Shown one piece after another: positions 1-8,534 of a stretch of DNA of 20,000 bases (position 1 is its first letter; every line of letters starts with the position of its first letter). The notes beneath the pieces are model-generated. The model made no database searches. It saw nothing but the letters and a program-made list of their open reading frames with translations, and had not been told where the DNA came from. The stretch covers positions 61,742 to 81,741 of the forward strand of contig JAVECO010000106.1 of NCBI GenBank assembly GCA_051942205.1, in the 5' to 3' direction. Both the position numbers and the translations under genes were made by a program. Source of the DNA: Coniocarpon cinnabarinum (lineage: Eukaryota).

Positions 1-1
1 G

Positions 2-889
2 ATCGAAGAGGTGCCATAATTGAATGATAAAGCCGTCTTCGGTTTGAACATCGAATTCCTCCATGTCTAAGCCGATTCGGCGTGCATAATATGCTGCATC
101 AGGAATGACTGGGTCTGAACCTCCCTCCAGTGGCGGGAACTTTTTGCTATGACCTTCTCCATATTCTTGTGGATCAGCTCCAGACTTCCTTCGTTTGCGC
201 CGTCCTGCTTGCTGTGTCCAGACATGCTCCTCTTCTTTCCTTTTCTGTTGCCGTATCTTCTCTTCCGTGTAGTAAGGACGCCGTGAATTCGGATCTTGGA
301 ACTTCAGCCTCATCTTGACATGTCGCCAAGCAGGCCCTATGCTCGTGAATGCACTTCCAAGGACAACAAAGCCGAGCAGACCAAGCGAAAGGTAGAAAGA
401 CGATATTCTGAAAAACCAGCTTTGAAGCGTTCGGATGAAGCTTGGTGGACCGTAGACGGGCAAAGGAGGGAATAGAGGATTCGTGTATGCAGGTGGAACT
501 GCTTCACGCAGTGGTGCGCTTTCGTCGACAACGTGTACAGATTTGGGCAAGGCGCCATGTAGTGTGCCATCTTTTGCCTCTCTTGTTCCCGCAATCAATG
601 GCTCTCTCGAAGATGGATCCTTGCCCTGCATATGATCTTTTAAGTCGTTAAGCTTTAGCGCTTCGTCCACTGGCACTGTTGGCAGTCGTTCACCCTTCGC
701 GGTCTCAATGACGGGGTCCTGTCCAGTGACAAACTTTGCCTCGACCGCCTCATCGGAAATCGCGTCCAAGTCATCTTGGTCGTGATTGCGATATCCAAGC
801 CTTGCGGCTTGCTGAGCGTAGTCGAGTGCTGCACGCGCTCTTGAGTCTGTGCGCTTGACGCGCGGTTTCGCTGGCTGATTTTTGGCCAT
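2..889 (-). CDS. Steryl-ester hydrolase / AB-hydrolase lipase (Yeh1/Yeh2/Tgl1-like), 5' part only; continues beyond the window edge
   Basis: Manual translation from ATG at 889: MAKNQPAKPRVKRTDSRARAALDYAQQ...NPLFPPLPVYGPPS...FFRISSFYLSLGLLGFVVLGSAFTSI (hydrophobic anchor)...YYARRIGLDMEEFDVQTEDGFIIQLWHLFD. The frame is open to the window edge (296 codons). 'EEFDVQTEDGFII.LWH' is the signature of the AB-hydrolase-associated lipase region. Absent from the ORF track because there is no stop in the window. Confidence 0.85.
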   Translation of the reverse strand, partial: MAKNQPAKPRVKRTDSRARAALDYAQQAARLGYRNHDQDDLDAISDEAVEAKFVTGQDPVIETAKGERLPTVPVDEALKLNDLKDHMQGKDPSSREPLIAGTREAKDGTLHGALPKSVHVVDESAPLREAVPPAYTNPLFPPLPVYGPPSFIRTLQSWFFRISSFYLSLGLLGFVVLGSAFTSIGPAWRHVKMRLKFQDPNSRRPYYTEEKIRQQKRKEEEHVWTQQAGRRKRRKSGADPQEYGEGHSKKFPPLEGGSDPVIPDAAYYARRIGLDMEEFDVQTEDGFIIQLWHLFD

Positions 890-1199
890 CAGGAATTATC
901 ATCAGAAGCGTCTGCTAGTTTTATGAGCTTTTTGCAAGCACAGCTTGCCAATGAAAGTGCGAGTAGAAGCGGCAGCACACTGGGGAGCGATCACCTAAAG
1001 GCCAGATTGCGCACGAGCGAGATCTGAGACGTGAGACGGCATGTGTTATACGGAAGGGGCAGTAGGTATTGTGGATTGTCGCGGAACGCGCAGTGGCAGC
1101 ACCCGCAGAACAAAGAAGTGATGGCAATGCCCTGTACGGTGGGTCCCTAAAGCAGGGCAGAAGTTGGAGAGCATGTGAAATTCCAAGCAACCTTGCTGG

Positions 1200-1679
1200 C
1201 ACGTTATTCCGATCTCAGTGATAAACATATGACGTGTTTACCAGATCTTGGTAGCGCTAAAAGTCTAGCGCACTAGCAAAAATACAACTTTATTCTTACA
1301 AATTCTAAAGACTTTCCTACGACTTCTCATTCTAGAGTCGATTTCTTAAGTGTATGTTAGACGTGCTTTTACTCAAAGAATCCGAATATAGAATAGACGT
1401 GCATGTAGGACGCTTTCAGAGCATTTCTATACGCCGTGACATCTGCGACTCAACCCCAGACGAAGAAAAAACTATAGACACGTGACTGCTGATTTTTTCT
1501 GTAAGCACACATAACGAGTGGGGAAGAAGCTTGAAACGTGTGCTCAGGGGACAAAACGGCCCCCAACATTGTGAAGTCACAATGTTACGCATCGAGCTGT
1601 ACCCCAGCCTGGCTTTTGAAGGATGCTAGCGTTCCAGCGTCTCAAGCCTAGGTAATTTGCACGTGCCATGTGTCACGTG
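1200..1679. promoter_or_regulatory. Cluster of bHLH E-box motifs in the divergent lipase/MFS promoter
   Basis: CACGTG at 1479-1484, 1660-1665 and 1674-1679; CACGTT at 1200-1205 and on the reverse strand near 1536; several further GACGTG cores. Function is inferred only. Confidence 0.35.
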
Positions 1680-1715
1680 CCGTAAATATATCGAGGTTTC
1701 AGAGCTTTGATCTTG

Positions 1716-1716
1716 C

Positions 1717-1748
<32 letters not shown>

Positions 1749-1751
1749 CAT
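1716..1751. repeat. (CAT)n trinucleotide microsatellite, (CAT)4 CAC (CAT)7
   Basis: Read directly from the sequence. Confidence 0.95.
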
Positions 1752-2237
1752 CTCATGGCCTTGCTTGCTGCCCTGCTTCATCAGCCGCACATCCATTCCA
1801 TAACAACATGCACGTCGTCCTTTCACAACCATGGACTCCCTTGCTGAACAGCTTGCCCTTCCGCACCCATCATAAAACCACTCCGCCAAGCGTGTCTGGC
1901 CCCTCCCACCCGTCGTCCCCACAGCCTCGTCGGGGCGCAGACGTGTTCACTTCAAAATTAGCCATGTGCAGCCTATCTTGGCTGTTTGCCGTCCGTACAC
2001 CGCGGCCACTTGTCATTATGCCAGCTGTAGAAAAGTACCTTGGGTCGCTCTTTGTTCACCAAGATCGGCCACCTTTCATTGTACACTGACCAAGTCACTC
2101 CCCGCACCTCGCCTCTGCTGACAGACTGCTTGCTTTCTGCCGCACGTTTGGTGCCTCACACTTGCTGACTTGGACCATGCTTCCCACAAACACGTAATTT
2201 TCAGGAAATTAAATGTTCTTATCTCTTTCGAGTAGTT

Positions 2238-4665
2238 ATGAGTGCGCCTCGTTCAAGTAGACCAAGGCCCTTCATCCAGCGTTCAAACATCTCCAGCATG
2301 TCAACCTCTCGATCCGACAGTCAAGTCTCCAATGCCACGGATGATCAACCAAGTCGGCCCAGTGATTCTGAGGGACCGGCAGATGGCAAAAATGAGACGC
2401 GATCAAAATGGACTTTGGGTATTCTCAAAGATAGGGAAACAGACTCCGTTCCGGGTGAGTTGTCCATAGAGTATCCACTGGTCGATGTACTAACGACAAC
2501 CAGGATCTGTGTTCCTACTCTCCGGGCCTCCTGGTTCAGAGAAAAAGAATGCTCCACTTGGTTTGCAGCACCCCACGCATCGCCAGTCTGCACCTTCGTC
2601 AGCTGTACAGTCTCCCAAATCACCTCCACAGCCTCCTCAAACTCCCGAAAAGAAGCGTACGGCCGACGGCAAAATTATTCTTGACCCTCAACCCGATGAC
2701 ACAGACAACGACCCTCTCAACTGGCCGACCATACGCAGAAATGGAGCGCTCTTATCCCTGGGTCTTTACTGCATGCTGGGCGGTGGGCTGACTCCTGTTC
2801 TCGCCGCTGGATACAGCAATGTTGCAGAGACTTATGGAACCACTATATCCAAAATAGCGCTCACTGTCGGTCTTTACATGGTAGGTCTCGGAGTGGGCAG
2901 TGTTATCTGGATGCCCACTGCTATCAAATTTGGCAAGCGTCCGGTTTATCTTTTCACTGCTCTCATGCTAGTTCTGACTGCAGTTTGGTGTGCGGCGTCA
3001 CCGACTTTCAATTCGCTGTTGGTCGCGAGAGTGTTTCAAGGCATTGCAGTCAGTCCAACGGAGTGCTTGCCTTCCTCATCCATTGCAGAAATTTTCTTCC
3101 TCCACGAACGAGCATATCGATTGGGCATCTACACATTGTTGTTGCTCAGTGGCAAGAACTTAGTGCCGTTGGTCAGCGCGGCTATTATTGAGTCGAAATC
3201 GTGGCGTTGGGTGTTCTGGATCTACGCTATCATTGCGGGCGCCATTGGCATACTTCTCTTCTTTCTTGTACCAGAGACATTCTGGGATAGAGCGCCCCGC
3301 CCACTGCCTCAGCGTCATGGGAGCCATAGCAACAAGTCAGGGCTTCTCTCGCGACAGCTCTCGGCACTCACTTTGGGACTGCGCAGCCCGCGTCCACCTA
3401 AAACCCAGGAGTCAGTCGACGAGAAAACGAACCAGGACGACTCCAGCGAAGAGGAGCATCCAAACAATATAGCTGTACCATCGCCAATCGGCCAACTTTC
3501 CCGAAACCCGTCTCGAACCCCAAGAGAGGCATCCGTGACGGATCGATTTGAGCTTGATGAATATGACCGTGCCACGCTTGCCAGAGTCGAGGAAGAGGCT
3601 GACTCCCAGGATGAGAAGAGGTCGGATAGTCAGAACGATCTAGACAGGCCACAGCCTCACTTTCCAACCATCGACACCACCATTGCGCAAACCGACTTTG
3701 CCGACGTGAACCCAAACGAGGCCAATGCAGCCAATACACTGACATCTCCATCTCGTTTGGAAGCTGGGCATCAGCAGCAACGACCGATTCTGCTCAGTCC
3801 GAACGCGGCTGCTGAAACTCCCGGAGTAAGGAATGCGTCTATTCAAAGCCCAGCTTCAGGCGAGCCAGGCATTTCCAAAAACCCCTATACTGCTTTTTAT
3901 CAAAAAGCACCCCCGAAGTCCTACATCGCGACGCTGAAACCGTTTGATGGCCGAATAAACGACGCGGCGTGGTGGCGTCTGGCTCTGCGTCCATTCGTGC
4001 TGTACGCTTACCCTTCGATTCTCTGGTCTGCGGCTATATACGCCATGTCTATAGGATGGCTCATCGTCCTGTCGGAAGCAGTTGCAGAAATCTATCGGAC
4101 TCCGGAGCCTTACAACTTCACTGCTTTGCAATCCGGTCTAGTCTACATTTCTCCTTTCATCGGTGGTGTCTTGGGTACTGCAGTGGCCGGGAAGTTGTCC
4201 GACGTCATTGTCCGACACATGACGAGGCGCAATGGCGGTCTGTACGAGCCTGAGTTCCGACTGGTTATGGCAATTCCGGTGGCAATCACGACGGTGATTG
4301 GGCTCATGGGCTTCGGGTGGAGCGCCGAGGAGCGCGACAGCTGGATTGTGCCGACCGTCTTCTTCGGGGTCATTTCGTTCGGATGCTCACTGGGCTCGAC
4401 GACGGCCATTACGTTCGCGGTGGACAGCTACCGCATGTACGCGGGGGAGGCACTGGTGACGCTGAACTTTGCGAAAAACATATGTCACGGGATGGTGTTC
4501 AGTCTCTTCTTCAACAACTGGCTGCAGTCGGATGGGGCGAAGATGGTGTTTCTGGCGATTGGCGGGGTTCAGATTGCATTTCTGTCAGCGACGATACCCA
4601 TGTATATTTTTGGCAAGCGGGCTCGGATGTGGACGACGAGGAGGAACCTGCTGGGAAAGCTTTGA
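2238..4665 (+). CDS. MFS transporter, HOL1-like (DHA1-related); join(2238..2454,2504..4665), ~792 aa
   Basis: Intron 2455-2503 (GTGAGT...CTAAC...CAG) joins TDSVPG|SVFLLS in frame. Motifs LDPQPDDTDNDPLNWP, KFGKRPVYL, ARVFQG, EIFFLHERA, WRWVFW, VPETFW, RRNGGLYEPEFRL. Two hydrophobic halves are separated by a long polar loop. The alternative start is ATG 2298. Confidence 0.9.
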
Positions 4666-5087
4666 GCAGCGGCGGGTGGCGCATTGACGACATGGATGAT
4701 AGAGGACACGAGATGGGCGAGGCGTTTTGGATGTATAATCACAGGCAACAGATTACTAGGCAGAAGCGGGGCAACCTGTATGTAATAGATGATGAACGCT
4801 TGAGACTGAGAGAGGGGCGGGCAACGTGATGTGCTGACGCAGCAGAGCTGTGTGCATGCCATTGATCGGTGAGCAGGTCCTGGCTACCTTATGACAGAGA
4901 GCCATTCGTACCTGGAAGCACTTGACTGCAAACATCGATTGAAGGCGCCAAGCGTGAATACCTACAATGCCAAGCAAGACAGACAAGTCACGTGCCGTTC
5001 CAAGCTGCAGCAGAGCCCCACTCCAAGCTAGCCCCTCCGCGAGTTTCAGCGTCACCAATCAAGGCGAGCAGGCGAGAGCAAGGCAGA

Positions 5088-5128
5088 AGCTCACCTGGGC
5101 AGGTACCCGCTCACCACCCAGGTGAGCT
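5088..5128. repeat. Perfect 12-bp inverted repeat with 17-nt spacer
   Basis: AGCTCACCTGGG (5088-5099) is the exact reverse complement of CCCAGGTGAGCT (5117-5128). Confidence 0.85.
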
Positions 5129-5463
5129 GCTGTGAGCAGTCAGCAATGAGCGTTTCTTCCACTCGACAAGACGATGCCTGAGCCAGCGGCGGCTTGAGGC
5201 TCTCTGTGTCGCCCCCAGGCGCGGCGGAACCGCTGCTAACAGTCCTGCCCATTCCATTCTCTCGACATGCGTCTACGTCTGCGTCTGCGTCTGCTGCTGC
5301 TGTAGCACGAGGTACTTTGCCCGTAGCCCACCACTTTCTCTTGCTTCAAATTCGCCTTGTCGCCCCCTGCGCATGTCCCTGCCCAAGTCCATCCTGTTGA
5401 CTTCCTTTCATACTCACTGCTGCCTCCTTTCACCTCGTCCAAAATTGGCGTCGCAAGTCCATC

Positions 5464-7614
5464 ATGTCACTGCGACCTGACGACGGTCATTCACATTCGG
5501 GTAAGTCCCGCTCAAGGTCACGGGATGACCGTGGCAGGTCGCACGGCGCCGTTCGCTTTGAAAATGAGGCCGATCCTGCTCAGAAACCAAAGAAGCCATC
5601 CAAGTCGGCGCGCTTTGCCGACGAGTCGACCAATGGGGGTTCCCCGGCTGTTTCAATGCCTTCAATGCCAGAAATCATTCCTGAGTCACCGCATGAGGCA
5701 CATGCGTATGGAGCACAAGAACCGAGCAACACCAATTCTCACCGCTCCTCTAGCGAGGAGAGCGACAGTGACGAAGAACCCACTCGGCATGGAAAACGAC
5801 CCCTCCGCAGAAGTCAAAGCGACGATGTTCGTTCTTACACCTCGGCCGAACCTTCCAGGAGAAAGCACAACTCCCGGTTATCTGACGATCTAGCCTATGG
5901 GGAGACTGAGCATGACAGAGAGTCATCAGGTGTTCCCTATCCCGAGGGAGATGCCTTTGGCGTTCAATACCCAGATGATGACAGTCCACTCACACCCCGT
6001 GCTCGAATGCCTTCTGTCGCGGGTTGGTCAGGGTACGCGGCTCCAGGGCCCTTTCGCTATGAAAAACCTGAGCCCTACAAATATGCCGAACCGCCCGATG
6101 AGATCAAGTACAAAGCACAGCCGGAACTGGCCCGAGAGTACAGACATACTGCCGAGCCAGCGAAACCGAAGATGCCTGTGCGGACTGTGTCATTCCCGCA
6201 AGAGTATACGACGCGGGAGGCGAGACCCGACGAGGAGCCTCGGTATCGACATTCCAATCGTTTGTCTGTGGAGGGTCACAGGACTGAGAAGCGCGCCCCA
6301 TCGCCAGCAGGACGACTGGCTGCAGGCATGAACCGTTTGTCGGTCAACACAGGGCATGGACACGATGTCCATGAAAAGATTGGGGTGCCGCCTGCGAGCC
6401 CCCTGCTTGAAAGCTATCATGGAACATATCAATCGATTTCACCGATGCCATCTCCCATCATGCTGGCTCAAACTGACGATCACGACGGTGAACACTCATC
6501 TGACTCCATCTCAGACGTGGATCTCGATGTAGAAGACACAACTCGTCATGCGAAAGCGAAAGCCAAGATGGAAGCAAAAGCTAAAAAGAAGCGAGTGAAG
6601 CTCTACGACGCCGAGGGCGACGCCGAAAAGATAGCCGCCGCGCTCGATCATCGCGAGGCTCGTCCGGGCCCACTCATCGATATACTCCCGGAACTGACAC
6701 ATGACCAACTGCTCGCTCTTCGAGGCGAGTATAAGAAGCGCGTGAAGATCCAGGGCAAAGGCGTAAACCTCGCCAAACAAATCAAAGCCCTGACCAGCGG
6801 CAATTTCAGCAAAGTCTGCTATGCGACGGCACTTGGTCGATGGGAGTCTGAAGCGTACTGGGCAAATTTCTGGTATCAAGCGCGGTCCACCAACCGCGAG
6901 CTACTAATCGAATCGCTGATGGGACGCTCGAATGCCGACATTCGAGAGATCAAGGAAGGCTTTCGTGATAAGCGTTACCACGACGACTTGAGTCTCTGCA
7001 TGCAAAAGGAACTGAAGCCCGACAAATTCAGAACGGCAGTACTGATGGCCCTTGAAGGCGATCGACAAGAAGAGACCGACATAGGCTCACCAGAAGAGCG
7101 CAGTAAAGATGTCGAGAGACTGTACCGGGCCTTGAAGAGTCGCGAGGGAGGGGAGACGGCCATCTTGGAAATCGTGGTAACGCGCAGCAATAACCATCTG
7201 AGGGAAGTGCTGCGGACATTTGAAAAGGTGCATCGAGAGAACCTCGCAAAAGCAGCGCTGAAAAAGAGTGGCAATCTCGTGGTCAGTAGCGCTCTATTCT
7301 CTACAACTTTGCAAGCTAACGAGATTCACCAGGGCGAAGTGATTGCTCATATTCTGAACGGAGTCATCAACGGCCCGGCGCGCGACTGCTTGCTACTGCG
7401 ACATGCCATCAACGACGTGACATTGAAGGAAGGAGACTTGCGGTACGAGCTGCTGATGTCGCGTCTGATACGACTCCACTGGGACCGGTCGCATCTGGCG
7501 AAAGTCAAGGAGGACTACAAGAACAAATACGGGGAGACGCTGGAACGCGGCGTGAAGAAGGCGACCAAAGGCGATTTTGGCGCATTCTGTGTGCGCTTGT
7601 GTGAGACGCAGTGA
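5464..7614 (+). CDS. ANXC4: Fungal annexin, ANXC4-type; join(5464..7281,7333..7614), ~699 aa
   Basis: Long low-complexity N-terminus, then PPASPLLESYHGTYQSISPMPSP, LPELTHDQLLALRGEYK, ALGRWESEAYWANFWYQ, RELLIESLMGRSN, KELKPDKFR, GGETA, RYELLMSRL.RLHWD and KGDFGAFC. Intron 7282-7332 (GTCAGT...GCTAAC...CAG) restores SGNLV|GEVIAHILNGVIN. Confidence 0.88.
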   Translation: MSLRPDDGHSHSGKSRSRSRDDRGRSHGAVRFENEADPAQKPKKPSKSARFADESTNGGSPAVSMPSMPEIIPESPHEAHAYGAQEPSNTNSHRSSSEESDSDEEPTRHGKRPLRRSQSDDVRSYTSAEPSRRKHNSRLSDDLAYGETEHDRESSGVPYPEGDAFGVQYPDDDSPLTPRARMPSVAGWSGYAAPGPFRYEKPEPYKYAEPPDEIKYKAQPELAREYRHTAEPAKPKMPVRTVSFPQEYTTREARPDEEPRYRHSNRLSVEGHRTEKRAPSPAGRLAAGMNRLSVNTGHGHDVHEKIGVPPASPLLESYHGTYQSISPMPSPIMLAQTDDHDGEHSSDSISDVDLDVEDTTRHAKAKAKMEAKAKKKRVKLYDAEGDAEKIAAALDHREARPGPLIDILPELTHDQLLALRGEYKKRVKIQGKGVNLAKQIKALTSGNFSKVCYATALGRWESEAYWANFWYQARSTNRELLIESLMGRSNADIREIKEGFRDKRYHDDLSLCMQKELKPDKFRTAVLMALEGDRQEETDIGSPEERSKDVERLYRALKSREGGETAILEIVVTRSNNHLREVLRTFEKVHRENLAKAALKKSGNLVVSSALFSTTLQANEIHQGEVIAHILNGVINGPARDCLLLRHAINDVTLKEGDLRYELLMSRLIRLHWDRSHLAKVKEDYKNKYGETLERGVKKATKGDFGAFCVRLCETQ

Positions 7615-8534
7615 TATGATGGTACGCGGAACGTTGACGACGGACGAACGAACACGATACTCGATAATTGTAATGCAACTGTCAACAACGGCGGGCCTGG
7701 ATGAGGACGCGCCATCTGATTGCCTCATCACGGATGCTGGACTTGGAAATGGGCGGGGTGCCGACGAGCATAAGTAATTTGCGCCGAGGGCATCGAGAGT
7801 TTGGGGTGCGACGGGGTGTGCGTGGGGCGTACCTGGTCGGGTGGTCTCAAGAGCCAGATGGACCGGGAGGCGATGGATCTGGGATCTACAGTCTGTGCGT
7901 GTTCCTGGAGCTAGTAGAGGGACGCAATGCACGGGACACGTCTACACCATCGTACATACTCGGATCGCAAGTGGTCGGCGGAGAGAGCAGGAGGAGGAGG
8001 AGAAGGAGAGGCAGATGAGCAGGAGGAGTTTAGTGCGGGCCGGCGATCGTCTCATTCGAGGACCGGCGACCAGATGGCTGGGGATGGCTGACGGTCCTTC
8101 GACGTCCTCTTTCATCTGTACCTGCTACAGCCCTCAGTCCTTCTCCTCCCCCCTCTCTGTCTCTTGTAGTCCTGTCGTTTTGGCCGTCGCTCGCTTTTGG
8201 CGTTGTGGATCTCTAAGGTTCTTTCTTGTCCATGCTTGACCCTCTCGTTGTACATGTCACCCTTTGCGACACTCCTCCAACCCATCCCGTTGCAACCATC
8301 TTGTGCGGCATCAGACCCCGGCCTGGCGCCATACTTCTGAAACGCCCTCATCCTTTCTCGCCCTCACACAGTGCCCTTCAGCTGCCTCCCTTCAGCGCTG
8401 CGCTTGGCGTCAGCTGCCGAGTTGGTTCTGGCTGATCCACCTCCACTTGTCCGTTCACCGAGGTCGCGCGTCTCCTGTTAGACGCGCTCTGCGAAACTCT
8501 TCTTGTCGCAGACCACAGACGTGTGTGGGTGTGT

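Noticed and set aside
130..1228. Short ORF-track entries at 130-651 and 921-1228
   Set aside because: They are shadows of the minus-strand lipase or promoter sequence with no protein-like features.
1240..1500. AT/TpA-rich patch considered as a RIP-degraded transposon relic
   Set aside because: Short, with no terminal repeats or transposase remnants; consistent with an ordinary promoter.
1626..2089. ORFs 1626-1922 (-, poly-Met) and 1670-2089 (+, poly-Ser) as standalone genes
   Set aside because: Both are driven by the CAT repeat and show no recognisable domain. Only the AUG-initiated 3' part is kept as a uORF candidate.
4317..4829. 170-aa alternative-frame ORF overlapping the MFS 3' end
   Set aside because: Non-ATG start and explained by G/C-rich codon usage of the host gene.
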